A stretch of 63,958 bases of DNA, filler included, from Intoshia linei (taxonomy: Eukaryota; Animalia; Orthonectida): the NCBI GenBank assembly GCA_001642005.1. It is 4 parts of 4 records of this genome, joined end to end, with 100 filler letters (N's around TTAATTAATTAA, not from the genome) between each part and the next. Parts side by side here need not be neighbours in the genome. Positions count along the whole stretch, not along the records: positions 27,667 to 56,466 come from LWCA01000404.1; positions 56,567 to 62,360 come from LWCA01001743.1; positions 62,461 to 63,958 come from LWCA01002594.1; 1 more part is not named here. The stretch is one strand, 5' to 3'. How positions within the stretch are numbered: position 1 is the stretch's first letter; each line of letters opens with the position of its first letter. Positions 51,197-63,622 of this stretch are shown here, piece after piece. The notes beneath the pieces are model-generated. The model saw only the letters and a list, made by a program, of their open reading frames with translations. It was not told where the DNA came from and did not search any database. Position numbers and translations under genes: made by a program.

Positions 51197-52004
51197 TAGT
51201 GATTGTGCCGGGAAAAAAACTGGGACAAAATTCCCGGGAATTAAATTTCTCAGGATTTTTACGATTTCCCGAGATTTCCCGAAAAAAATTAAGACATATA
51301 GTATTTGATTTATGTTTGTTATTAGTAATAACTTATTACTATGAAAATATGATTATATTATAATATTTAAAATTTACCATTTCAAAAATCCCACCACTAA
51401 TAAAATTTAATTAAAAATACCATTTCAAGCCCTCATGGAAAAATTGACTTACACCGATATGCTTTTCAAAAATCCACTTCATCAAACTACAAATAAAAAA
51501 TCTAATTTTCTAGCACTTAATGGAAAAATATCCTTTTTCCAATATTTTTTTTAAAAACCTCTTAGTCCAATCACAAATTACTAACGCTTGAGGGAATTAT
51601 CCTCTTTTTTCAATATTATTTTGAAAAATATTATGAGTTATTATGAACTGGAACGCTATCATCAAGATTGTTAAAATTAAAGGAAGCCCTTATGACCGTT
51701 CAATTTACGTCAACATAAAATAAAAAATTTCTCTACGGCTTCTAATTTTGTTACAAAACGTAGAACGCGTTTAAAAGACGAATCTATCAATATTATGTGT
51801 GTTTTGAAACACTTTTCCACAATCTAAAACAAATAAATTTTTTTCTAATTAAATTTATAAATTTCAATCTAAATTCGTGTTATTTCATTAATTCTTAAAT
51901 TTCTTTATGTTTCTAAAATTAATTAAGGTCTCTAAAATTTTTAATGCTTCTATATAATATATGAATAAAAATTTTTTATTTTTTCCGGGAAAATACAATC
52001 ACTA
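51197..52004 (+). mobile_element. Internally deleted hAT element
   Basis: TIR tagtgattg/caatcacta with cccggga subterminal motifs; imperfect 8-bp TSD tttagaac/ttcagtac; remnant ALMTVQFTS..FSTASNFVTKRRTRLKDESINIMCVLK (hAT dimerisation domain). Confidence 0.85.
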
Positions 52005-52993
52005 TTCAGTACCAATTTAATAAATACTTAAAAATACCAATTGTGTATCAATAATTAATAAAATCTTAAATTTATAAACATTTCAGTCGAATTTTACTAT
52101 TATTGCAAAGGATTGTAATATAACAATGATATTAACACAGTTTTTTAGTTTCGTTGTTTAGTTTCTTATTTAAATTTTGAATGTTTTATTCAAAATGTTT
52201 TGAAAATGAAAATTTGAAATTTAAAAATTGCGAAGGAATAAATTATATAGATTTTCACCCATATGTCTTTATTGGAAATGTGTAGAGGTACAATACACAC
52301 TTTTTTGAAATTGAGTAGGATCAATATTTACATTTTCAATTTTTGATTTTAATCAGAATATTTGAAAAATATTGGTTGATAATAAATTAAAAATTGTTTT
52401 TCACCGAGTATGCATAGATTTCTCGATATGAACTTTTGTATTTATATTAACTGGAATAAGCTCTATTAGAATAATCTTTTTTCTTAATTTTCAGACCGTT
52501 AATTATTTCACATTTTTTGTTTTAATCAAATATTTCGGAAAAAAAATATATGTATACTAAAATGCTTTTTTGACCGTGAAGTCGTCACTTATTCGGATTA
52601 AAATTTTGTGTGTGTATTAACAGAATACAATTGTAAAGGACTGTTTTCATTAAAAAAAGAAGGGTAATTTGTGGTTTTGGCCATGAAGATATAATTTTTT
52701 TAAATTTAAATTTATGGTAATGTTTATGATTTTACAATTCGTATCAGTGTATATATTTTTTTAATTTCTCCAACTCGTTTGATTTTCAAAAAGAGGGAAA
52801 ATTGGGATTTTTGACCCGTAAGATGTGAAATTGGTAAGTTCAAATTTATCTTAATATACGTCCCGAAAAAAACTATAACTGAAATGTGGTCTTTAAAAAA
52901 TTCTAAGACTGGTAGTTATTTAAATAAAGCATAACACACACAGACAGACACACACACAAACAAAAATGGCGTAGCATATTAAATAAGTTAGGA
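52005..52993 (-). mobile_element. Family-A Helitron-like copy, near full length
   Basis: Colinear with 970-1925; 5' end A|TCCTAAC at 52993. Confidence 0.75.
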
Positions 52994-53457
52994 TATTACC
53001 ATCAATCATTTTAATCATGATATTTGCGCATTTTAATTGTGAACGCGTCTCTGGAAATTGTAACTACTAAACTTTTACGACGTACTATGAAGAATGGCAA
53101 ACTTTGTGTAAAATGATATATCAATTTCATGATTAAGATATTTTATTAACTTCGTGATACATTAACAGGATACAATGTACAATGTATATGTGTATTGAAA
53201 TAAAATAATACTAAAACTTATAGATAAATATTATATAGTATTAACATACAACATTTTATGTCTTGTATTAACATATTATGTTAAACTATTGATTATTAAT
53301 TTAATAATTACATTACAATTCATATGTGAATGGTTGTTCAAATGAAAAAATCAATAGTTTTAATTAATGGGATAATATTATATATTTAAATTTTAATTTG
53401 TATCTTTTGATATAAATATTTTTATTTCAAATTAAAAACATTATTACATAACCAAAA

Positions 53458-54339
53458 ATGTATTATTTCAAAATTTTGTATTATATATTAACAATACTAA
53501 CAATAATACAAATTATATTGGCGGTGGTATTATTTTTATTGTTATTATATTTTAAAGGAAAAAGATCGATATTGTACTATTTTATAATACATTTGATGAT
53601 TTTTTTCATGGGATCCGCACGTTTAGTGCACCACATTTATTTTTTGAAAAATATCACAAGTATGAAGCTAAACATATTATCTGGATGTTCAGCGTCACCT
53701 CTACTATTGACAGCTATAGTCATACAGTTGTACGGGATAATCAAAATAGTTTCCAGCAAATATTACGTACGAAAAGTTTTCAGTAATCCCATTGCACTGA
53801 TTGTCGTCATAGTGAATATACTCAATATCACAACCATAATATCAATTATTAATCTTCTAAATAACAATAAAATTGTATTTATATACATGTTGTTTATATG
53901 TAATGTAACGCAATGTACGGTTGGAATCTTAATATGTATTCCATGTGTATACATTTTTTATCTATTTAGACAAAGATCTCTAGAAAAAATAGAAATTATT
54001 GATCCAAATTATTTAATAAAGAATAGCAATGACAAACTAGTCAGAAAATATTCCTTCATGGATTCTTTTAAAGTGAATATTTCCGAAAAAAGTTTTATTC
54101 CATATTTTATCAGGTCTCTTTTTATTCAAATGTTTATTGTCCTTGCTTTTGTTATTGTCAGGTTATGTTTGTTGGTTGTTCTAATTAATGCTTTACCAAC
54201 TGTATCTATTAACTTCAAAATTGCAAACTATCTATTGCTTATTAGAGGCATTATTGAAACTGCATTGGCGTATCAGTTGTTGACGTTTTCTATTCATACT
54301 TTATACACCAAATTTAAACAATTAAAGAAAGTTAAATAA
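53458..54339 (+). CDS. Intronless orphan seven-transmembrane protein (293 aa)
   Basis: Uninterrupted ORF with seven hydrophobic segments, a very short N-terminus, a long loop after TM5 and a basic C-terminus. Confidence 0.75.
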   Translation: MYYFKILYYILTILTIIQIILAVVLFLLLLYFKGKRSILYYFIIHLMIFFMGSARLVHHIYFLKNITSMKLNILSGCSASPLLLTAIVIQLYGIIKIVSSKYYVRKVFSNPIALIVVIVNILNITTIISIINLLNNNKIVFIYMLFICNVTQCTVGILICIPCVYIFYLFRQRSLEKIEIIDPNYLIKNSNDKLVRKYSFMDSFKVNISEKSFIPYFIRSLFIQMFIVLAFVIVRLCLLVVLINALPTVSINFKIANYLLLIRGIIETALAYQLLTFSIHTLYTKFKQLKKVK

Positions 54340-55433
54340 TTCATCATCTATCATAATTTATGTATGTGTTTATTGTTAATTATGAAAATGTCTAGTCGTT
54401 TATATAATGTAATAAATATAAGTATATTAGTCATTTTTAAGTTCATGCGGCATATCATATCGTATATTCAGGTCAGTAAATTCATATACTATTTAATCAT
54501 TCATTGACTATTTGACTTGTCTAAAATTGGAATGAGGTGCAACAGTTCATGTTTACAATGCTATGGAACTGTCTCATTATTTTTGGGATGCAATTTTTTT
54601 ATTTTAGTGACCAATTAGGTTTTTGTAAATTTTTTTTTATGGTAAAGTTTTCAGTTAATTTATGCATTTAATAATTAACGGTATAATGTACGTTTTTAAT
54701 CTACTTATTGTATAAAACGATACAATGAAAAATCCTTAGAGTTTTAAACATCTTTTTTGAAATTTTTCACCCACTTTCTTATGTCTAACATCGCTACTTT
54801 TAAGGATCGTTAATATAGTTAACATGTTTTCAAATTATCCTGACAATACTTATCAATTGATTAACTATCAATTAATTTGATTCTTTCTTATTATAGTGTT
54901 ATCATTTAATTTTGAATTTCGAATGAATTTAAGTGTGGGAATTTAGTTTATTTTAATGTAAGTATATTTGGTGAAACGATTGGTATAGACGAACTCAGAT
55001 AAGTTCATCCTCCACACACTGTACTAAGTTTAACTTTATTATTAAAAACTTACAATTTATTACTTGTAGATAAAATTTAACGTGTGTGATTGATGTGTAA
55101 TAAACAGTATGTTATCGTATATTTAAAAACGTGATCATCATAGAATTTAAATAAACCTAATTTATAATAGAGTTTTTTCCAGGGCGTGCTAATATCTATT
55201 TATATTATTATTATTTATATTATATATATATTTATATAAAATCTATTTTTCAGTTTTCGAATTTGAGTCCTTCATGGAGAAAATTCAATTTTACCTTTTA
55301 TTTTATTAATTTTAAAATCATTAAAATTATCGTAAATCTCAGCCCCGGCAACGGTCACATTCATAGTAAAAATTCCAAGTTACTCTTTATTTTAAAAAAG
55401 AAACATGTATTTAAAAAACCATCACGTAATTTA

Positions 55434-55615
55434 TCCTAACTTATATAATATGCTACGCGATTTTTGTTTGTGTGTGTGTTACGCTTTATTTAAATAACTA
55501 CCCGTCTTAGAATTTTATAAAGTTCATATTTCAATTAAAATTTTTTCCGTGGGTGTGCGCAAACTTAATTTCAACCTCCCAATTTCACATATTACGGGTC
55601 AAAAACCCCAGTTGT
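55434..55615 (+). mobile_element. Family-A 5' fragment
   Basis: A|TCCTAACTTATATAATATGC..tttgtgtgtgtgttacgc..aactacc. Confidence 0.7.
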
Positions 55616-55809
55616 TATATTTTTATTTTAATATTTTACATTTCTGTTAATTTAATTTTATAAGTAAAAGATTTGACATTAATATAATTCTATTTTCTAA
55701 ATTTCATTTAATTTAAAAAAATATAACTATAAAGTCATATTTATATAAAAATTTTATGAAACCCCAAAAACTGGATTAATACCCCAGGTTAAGAACCCAT
55801 CATTTAGAT

Positions 55810-56466
55810 CAGGGCTGGGCAACAGGTCGATCCCGAAATTTTTTGAGTCGATCGCTGGAATATAAAAATTATTATTTATAGAAAACTATATTTTAAGAAA
55901 AATTTTAAAATTATTTATTTATTTGACATACATTTACTTTAAATAAATATTATCTACTTGAATTAGAAAATTATTTAGTAATTATCCCAATGTATACTCA
56001 CTGAACATTGTTCACCTGTTCTTAACCTTAAGGAACAATTTTGGGACAACAAAAATCAATGTCAATANATAAATATTATCTACTTGAATTAGAAAATGAT
56101 TTCGTAATTATCCCAATGTATAATCACTGAACATTGTTCACCTGTTCTTAACCTTAAGGAACAATTTTAGGACAACAAAAATCAATGTCAATATTCTGTA
56201 AAAAGTCAGAAAAAGCAACGATTTCATCTTTTAAATTGAGCTACATGTTAGCAAAAAATGGAAAACAGTTTTCAGGTGGTCAATTTTGAAATGATTGTTT
56301 TCTCGTAATTTCTGATAATCTTTTTCAAGGCCTTCATAATAACATATAATAAAATCTTCCATTGCAGATTTGCAATTATCACGAATAAAAAAACTTAGTA
56401 AAGATGTATGTGAACAAATACAAATGGATGTCCAAACATGTGAGTGCTTTTCTCTACAATTTGATG
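55810..56466 (+). mobile_element. SPIN/Charlie-type hAT transposon 5' part, cut by gap
   Basis: TIR cagggctgggcaac with gtcgatc motifs (as in the 4743 MITE); remnant ATISSFKLSYMLAKNGKQFSGGQF..LQLSR..CFSLQFD. Confidence 0.75.
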
Positions 56467-56566
56467 NNNNNNNNNNNNNNNNNNNNNNNNNNNNNNNNNN
56501 NNNNNNNNNNTTAATTAATTAANNNNNNNNNNNNNNNNNNNNNNNNNNNNNNNNNNNNNNNNNNNN
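56467..56566. other. Assembly gap with six-frame stop linker
   Basis: 44 N + TTAATTAATTAA + 44 N. Confidence 0.97.
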
Positions 56567-56836
56567 AAATAATATAGACTTTTTATTGATCTGATAAAAT
56601 ATGTAGTAAACAATTAATAAGGTACTGTAAACAATACCTGAAAACATAGTCCATTTTAAGAACATTGACGGGTTAAAGGTTAACATTAATAGTTCATCAA
56701 GTTTGTCATCTCGCAAAAATAGAGTATTCCATGTCTTTTGACCATCATTCGTTTCACCCAAATGTAATGATTCATTAAAAATTATCATTATTAATTTTTT
56801 TTGGGGTCCACAGCGAAAAAGGGTTGAGAATGCCTG

Positions 56837-57176
56837 CTTTAAAGAATTGATAAAGATTGATAATAGTGAATAGTAGGATTTTTAAGTTAGATTTTAAACG
56901 TGAATTTATTTTTTAAGTATAATAAAAATGTGCCCTCGGCAGAGCTAGGTCCTGTTTGTAATTAGTACGTTATTATTACGATTTTGGAACGGTTCCAAAA
57001 ACGTAAATTTTAAAAAAACGTACTTATTGTCGCAGTAATTTAATTTTAAGTACAAAAAATACAAGCTCATTAAACCAAACTATGGTTTAACAATATATTT
57101 TAAAATATTTAATATTTATCTATAACTAGCTTGACTGTTATGTACTTCGTACAAACAGTAGCTAGCTCTACCGAGA
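56837..57176. mobile_element. Family-B foldback copy with truncated right arm
   Basis: Left arm near-identical to 50485-50610; right arm taactagcttgactgttatgtacttcgtacaaacagtagctagctctaccgag. Confidence 0.75.
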
Positions 57177-57495
57177 GATTACTTTTAAAATTTAAGACTG
57201 ATTTGGACCTGGAAGGTGTAAGTTTCTGAGGCTAAGGTTAATGTTAATGATTTTAAAATGCATCGCAGAATATATTTTTTTAAAAATTCTAAGGTTAATT
57301 TTATTCTAAAATAGGAAATTAAATTTTTTGAAATTCTAGGAGAGTTCATTTTTTAAATAAACAGTAACACACATACAATATACATTCAATTATATATAAG
57401 TAATTCCACAACTATTCTTGTATTATCAAAAATAAATATGTAATAATTTAAAAATGTTATAATAATCTACAACATTATAAAAACTTAAAATGTAC

Positions 57496-59033
57496 CTAAA
57501 TTGGATGAATGATCAGCTCTTTTAGCAGGCCTTCCAGGTCTAGCACTAAAATGAATTTTAAATTAAAAAATAAAGGATTGAATTGACAGATGTGATTATA
57601 GCTTGCAGCTTCACTTGACTGTAAAACTCAACATGTTTTTGACATGTATATCAAAGATAAAATAATGATTAGCAAGTATGTAGTGGGCGTGAATAACATT
57701 GTTAATTTAATTTTTAATCTAAATATCTTGTCGAGTAAATTAACTTGTTTACAATTGATTAATTCTCAATTTAAAAGTTTTTAAAATTAAAATAAAATTT
57801 GTATTATTATCTATTGTAAATGAAATATAAAATTTATAAATTCTACTCATATACAAAATAGACTATATTTGTAAAACTAATTTATTAACCGTTCAAAATT
57901 AGATATTGGCCCATTAAATATATGCAATTTAAATTTTATATGGTTGAAATTTAAAGATGAAATTATTTTATTACGCGTGAATTGATTCATCAAACAAACT
58001 TACAAATTTATGTGCAATTAATTTTATTACTTTATCACAAATAAAGTATTTTTAAATGTTTTATTTTAAATACAGTTCAAGGTTAAGATAAAATTAGAAA
58101 ATTTGATTGTAAATGCATCATTTATCATAATATTACATGTTTTATGCGATACATTTATATTCATACAATTTGAATTATATAATTTATTCATATTTACTCA
58201 TTTTAGTCATCTCTTACAAATGTATTATTATATTATTATTATACGACCATTTAAAATTAAAGTGAATAATTTTATGTAATATAATGTAAAATGTATATTA
58301 CTACATAAGATTTTTAGATATTTATTAATTTTTAATGTAGTGCACAGATCATAAGCGGGGTAAATTTTTGGGTAATATGATATTAAAATTATGTCAATAT
58401 TATTAGCATAATAGCTTTCGTGTTGTAAATTAGCTAAAAAGAGACACGATTTAAAATAATTGATGAAATTCATTACATTAAAATGTAATTAATTTAAATA
58501 ATTGTATAAAATTACCTAATACAAGTACAGTCATCATATAGCACGTCAAATTCATCGGGCGAGATTAATTTGCATCTGTTCACCCCAGGTTGAATGGCAC
58601 CTAGGCCTCTGAGTACTCTGACTTGTTCAACATTGCAAACATTAGGAGTAATGCCTAACCTTTTCAATTTTGTATATATCGTGTGTAAACCTCCGACGTA
58701 ATCTTTTAATATTAATTCATAAGCTTGTGGTAAACAAATTAATTTACGTCCTTTGACGTAAAAAGATGCTAATCGATTAGATCTGTAAATTATCATTGTG
58801 CAATAGTTTTCAGAGTTGGCTACGGAACCCAACAAATTACTTTCAGTTTCATATGTTTTTGTTTTTTCAGTTTCTAATTTTGCAAAATTTAGGTTAATAT
58901 TCATGTTAAATAATGCATTGTTGTAGCATAATGGTTTTGGTTTTATTGGAGTGTATATTAAATCTTCGATTCCAAATTTATTGGAATTTTTTTCCATTAG
59001 ATTTTCAGGGTAATTATTGTCCAATTTCTCCAT
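57496..59033 (-). CDS. dac: Dachshund homologue (SKI/SNO/DAC domain); exons 59033-58516 and 57545-57496; further 3' exons not identified
   Basis: LICLPQAYELILKDYVGGLHTIYTKLKRLGITPNVCNVEQVRVLRGLGAIQPGVNRCKLIS..LYDDCT spliced to SARPGRPAKR, the canonical DD1 box. Confidence 0.93.
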
Positions 59034-61587
59034 TTTATCTAAGATGTTAGATTATTTAGAAAACACTACATTGTTGTATTTATATCGGTTATCAATGGGG
59101 ACCCGTACCGAAACAAAGTTTGTTGACTTTGGTTAAAAATTATTATTAACTGGTAGTATAAAGGTGTAGATATTTGTACTATTCTAAAACGAACTGACGC
59201 TGGCGTTGCTATGGTTTGAGTATTTTAGAAATAGTAGAAAAAGTATTAAATCGAAATATAATGGAATATCGATATAATAAACCCTAAAGTTAAAAAATTG
59301 TTTGATAATGTCAAATAAATATACTAAACCCTATGCTCGTTGTACTGAGTCACACCCTATTACCCGTTTCCACGACCACGTCTATTAAAATGCATTATAC
59401 ATTTAAATTTTTATGAATTTAGCAAATTTAAATTATAAGAATAATTAAAATTACCATTTTTAATTGCATTCTGATGAATTGGTGATACGGACATTGTTAT
59501 TATGACAAAATTGAAAAAAATGAAAAATTAAATAATTTAATATTATTGTATAAACTTTAAATTGTTTTCAAAAGAAATCACAATAAATTTAAAAGTATAA
59601 TATATTAATACTAATCATTTAATAGTAGATTCAAAAATGACTATTAATTTGAATAGCTGAGCTAAAAGTTAATACATGACATATTCTACAAATAAATAAG
59701 TTTAATTCTATTGGTTAATGTAAAAAATCACGTAGTGAAATGTGTTGATTGATTTAAATGTACAAAGGATTTTGCTGCTAATGCAGCTCTCGACATTTAG
59801 TAAACTCATATAAATTGATAAGATTTGTAGCAATGCAATTAATGTAGACTTCGTATGAAATTAGTTTCGTAGCCAGTTTGAGACTAGGAATCTACGCCTA
59901 ACAATTTAATTGTATTGTATGCAATTGAATAACATAAAATATAATAGAATTAAAGTGTATATTTGAATATAATGTGTAGAATTGAACACGAGTGGATATT
60001 ATTTATCGCAACAAGTTGTACATATTGTACTGCAATACAATGTACGATTAGTGTAGTAGTTTTAGCTTAATACTACTAATGCATTCTCCAAACTGAACAG
60101 TTTTCTGATGTATTTTACAATTTTAATAGATTGGATTGATCTGTATCTGATTTACTGTTAATATTGATACATGAAATTTACAGCTCATATAACGCGTTTA
60201 CCGATTAGTCACTAAAGTTTAGTGGAAATTAATTATAGCGTATATTTAATTCATTTTAATCATTAAATATCAAGTTAAACATCAGTTGATATACTTTTGT
60301 TGAATACATTCACATTTTTCTCACGTAAGTATTGGTTTATATAAGACTCACATTTATTGAATTGACTGTTTTAGCCGTTATTGGTTTATATCATTTTGTT
60401 ATTATTTTTAATTTGCCATTTTTCACTCCATGATATAATATATCATGGATATCTTTCTTGATTTGTTCCATATGATGTTGATCTTTGTATCTGAAATATT
60501 TCTGTATATTAGTATATGTGCGCAGTGCGTAGAGGGAAGAATGAATATATTAAACATACTTTTTTGATGTGAATCTAATTAAAGTTGTTTGTATACATAT
60601 TTGTATACAAAGTTGTTTCGTTTTGTTTAACTAATTAGCTTAAATATAATCATATTTCTTATTAATAGTTTGATAAGTTATAACTTATAATTTGTACATG
60701 AATCGTTAATTTTTAAATTTAATGTTTTTTATATTTTATAACGACGTAATAACGTCAAATAAGTGAAATAAATATTATATAAAATTTAATCATTACATGT
60801 GTTGCAAATTGCAATATACATTAATGATATATACAACGTAGAAAACTGTTATGATGTCATTTTTATATACAAATATAAGTAATGGATTATCAAAATTTAT
60901 AATAACAGTAATTATACAGTTTTATGCAATGCAGTGACGAACCTACCGTACTTGAGACCCCTGGTAGGTTCGGCTTTTCCCTATTCTGCATGGAGCTGTT
61001 AACGGACATGTATCACAAAATGAGCGTATCATAATTCATGATACATACGTTGATTTTTAATTGAATTTATCAGCAACATGTCATCGTCAAAGATACTCAT
61101 AGGCTTATAATTACTTAAAAAAATTTTTAAAATTTTACCTAGCAAAGGTGCAAAACTTTTAAAGTAGCTACTCGGTAGTATCAAGTGACACGAAAATTTT
61201 TGATTTAATTTATTATTATATTTATTATTTATTTTGTATTTNATTTTGTATTTATAATTATAATTATTTATATAGTTTATAAATATAATGAACCATTTTA
61301 GGTTCTATTTAATAAAATATTAAAGAAATTAACTTTGAATTTTATGATAAATAACATTATCCTTAACTTTTAAAATTTATAAAATTTAAAAACCCCATTT
61401 TTCGAGAGTGACGTTTTTATGAAGTTACATTTTCAGAAATTGAGCCATTATAGGTTAAAACTCAATTTACCATTTTTTAATAATAGAAGAGTCGTAGAAT
61501 TAAAAAAATATAAATTATAGAAGGAGCTTTAAATTTATTAACATCTTTGTAAATATCAGCCTCTAAAATGTACATCTTCATTAGGGT

Positions 61588-62033
61588 CAGAGCCGTTTTC
61601 ATGCATGGGAAATATGGGCTGTAGCCCAGGGCCACTCATTAAAAAAGGCCCCCAAATTAATAATAAATCTTAACATTTATATCCTAAAAAAAGTAAATTT
61701 TAATAATTTCAATATCAACCTCGTTTGAATGCGTTCTCCTTGATGTCAATTGAGAATGATATTTTGAATGATATCAGTTTTGATAATATTATATCTGATT
61801 TCACTCAGAAAAGTGAGAAAACAACATTTGTGAAGAATTGTCAAGAATTTTTTTTGAATGCATGGTGCATATTTTCAAATGAAATAGTAAACTTTGTTCA
61901 TTATAAAGTAAGTTTTCCAACCAACCGTATCCCCTGTTTTCTAAAAAAGGACCATAAATTTTTTAGGGATATAATTGTATTGTTTCTATGATTATATACT
62001 CATTGTATATAATAAATTAAAAAATCGGCGCTC
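61588..62033 (+). mobile_element. Non-autonomous hAT (Tip100/ZMYM1-like) element
   Basis: Ends cagagccgtttt / aaaatcggcgctc; GC-rich gcccagggcc subterminal motif; remnant RLNAFSLMSIENDILNDISFDNIISDF. Confidence 0.7.
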
Positions 62034-62085
62034 AGAAGAGTTAGTATACACATACAAAATTTAATTTGTGAATATCGTTTTTATA

Positions 62086-62536
62086 TCCTGACTTATATAA
62101 TATGCTATGCAATATTTGTTTGTGTGTGTGTGTTACCGTTTATTTCAATAAGTACCAGTCTTAAAATTTTATAAAGTCCACACATTTCAATTACAGTTTT
62201 GTCCGAGGGTGTTAGCAAAATAAATTTTAACCTCCAAAACTCACATCTTACGGGTCAAAAAGCCCAATTGTTCTTTTTTTTGTAAAAATAAACGAGTTCA
62301 AGAATAAAAAAAATATATACTCTGATACGGATTTTAAAATCATAAATATTATCATAAATTNNNNNNNNNNNNNNNNNNNNNNNNNNNNNNNNNNNNNNNN
62401 NNNNTTAATTAATTAANNNNNNNNNNNNNNNNNNNNNNNNNNNNNNNNNNNNNNNNNNNNATAATGGTAAAATTCGACTGAAATGTTTATAAAGTGAAGA
62501 TTCAGTTAATTATTAATACAAAATTGGTGTTTTTAA
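62086..62536 (+). mobile_element. Family-A Helitron-like copy spanning the gap, interrupted at its 3' side by the gypsy relic
   Basis: A|TCCTGACTTATATAATATGC..gtgtgtgtgttac; homology continues after the gap to 62536. Confidence 0.7.
62361..62460. other. Assembly gap with six-frame stop linker
   Basis: 44 N + TTAATTAATTAA + 44 N. Confidence 0.97.
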
Positions 62537-63622
62537 TGTTTTAGGTCTTTGAAGGTCTTCTATGATTAGCGAAACTTATTGTGAACTGAATTCTAACTCG
62601 ATTGCCAGGGCACTAATGCGCGGCTACTTTCAAATTTCGTACGGCCTCTTGATTCAACTGCAACTCCATTGGGTACCAAGGCGCGGCTACCCATCAATTT
62701 CGTAAGGCATTTTGATTCAACTGCAATTTCATTGGGCACTAAGGCGCGGCTACCTACTAACTGACTGGTTTTTTTAACGATTTTTCATGTCGACAAGTTT
62801 AATCACCTTTGGGTAAGTTATTTTAACGACTTATGTTGTTGACAAGTTTACTGACTTTTCGGTCATACAACTCAACTCAACTAACAACCGATTATTTTAT
62901 TAAATAACCACCTCAACTAACAACTTCCCAGGTGCCTTAAAAACGGGCCCTCTCACAGGATTCACCCCATCTCTCAACTTAATAATACTTCTCCAACAAC
63001 TTACTTCTACCTGGAGCTTCCGAAAAAACATCTGGAAATTGCTCAACTAAATTCCGAAAATTAGAATCCAATAACCCCAACTTATCACCTATTTTACCAA
63101 CTTTGCAACTTTTATTGATTTTAGTTAACTGCAACCAATCTTGTTCCAACTCTTCAAATTTATCAACCCTTTCTTCTTTACTCAACTCACTGTCTTTCAG
63201 ATTTACTAACTTATTAGTTTATTTAACTTCTTAAACTTCCAATTTTCATCAACATAACAACTCATATTGAAGCTAATAAAACTATAACATAACAGAAATA
63301 AACACATCTTTCCTAACAACTTTTTATTTCCAAATGCCCCCTTAAACAACTGATCTGACACAACTAAATTGCTATCTTCAACTAATTCAGCATTGATCAA
63401 ACTATCTGTTGCACATGTATCAACTAAACACTTAACAACTACATCTTCCCTTTTCATTTCAACAATAATCATAACACTTTTGGTTTATTTATACTAAAAA
63501 ACGTAGAGAAAAAAATTACTAATTAGAGTGTTATCCGACTTTATAATGTAATGTTTTAGGTCCTTGAAGGTCTTCTATAATTAGCGAAACTTATTCTGAT
63601 AATTTCAAGACTATTCAATGTT
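62537..63622 (-). mobile_element. Internally deleted Ty3/gypsy-like element with protease remnant and ~50-bp terminal direct repeats
   Basis: VKCLVDTCATDSLI (retropepsin-like) and LVEQFPDVFSEAPGRS (pre-RT region). Direct repeat tgttttaggtc.ttgaaggtcttctat.attagcgaaacttatt.tga at 62537 and 63551. Confidence 0.7.
62608..62754. repeat. 63-bp tandem repeat (~2.3 copies)
   Basis: Units start at 62608, 62671 and 62734 (ggg.ac.aa.gcgcggctac...ttgattcaactgcaa). Confidence 0.85.

Noticed and set aside
55946-56192. ~120-bp tandem duplication around a single N at 56069 (similar short case at 61242)
   Set aside because: Typical unmerged contig overlap; assembly artefact.
62608-62754. 63-bp periodic repeat as a possible CRISPR array
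   Set aside because: The whole unit repeats, so there are no unique spacers; it lies within a retroelement relic.
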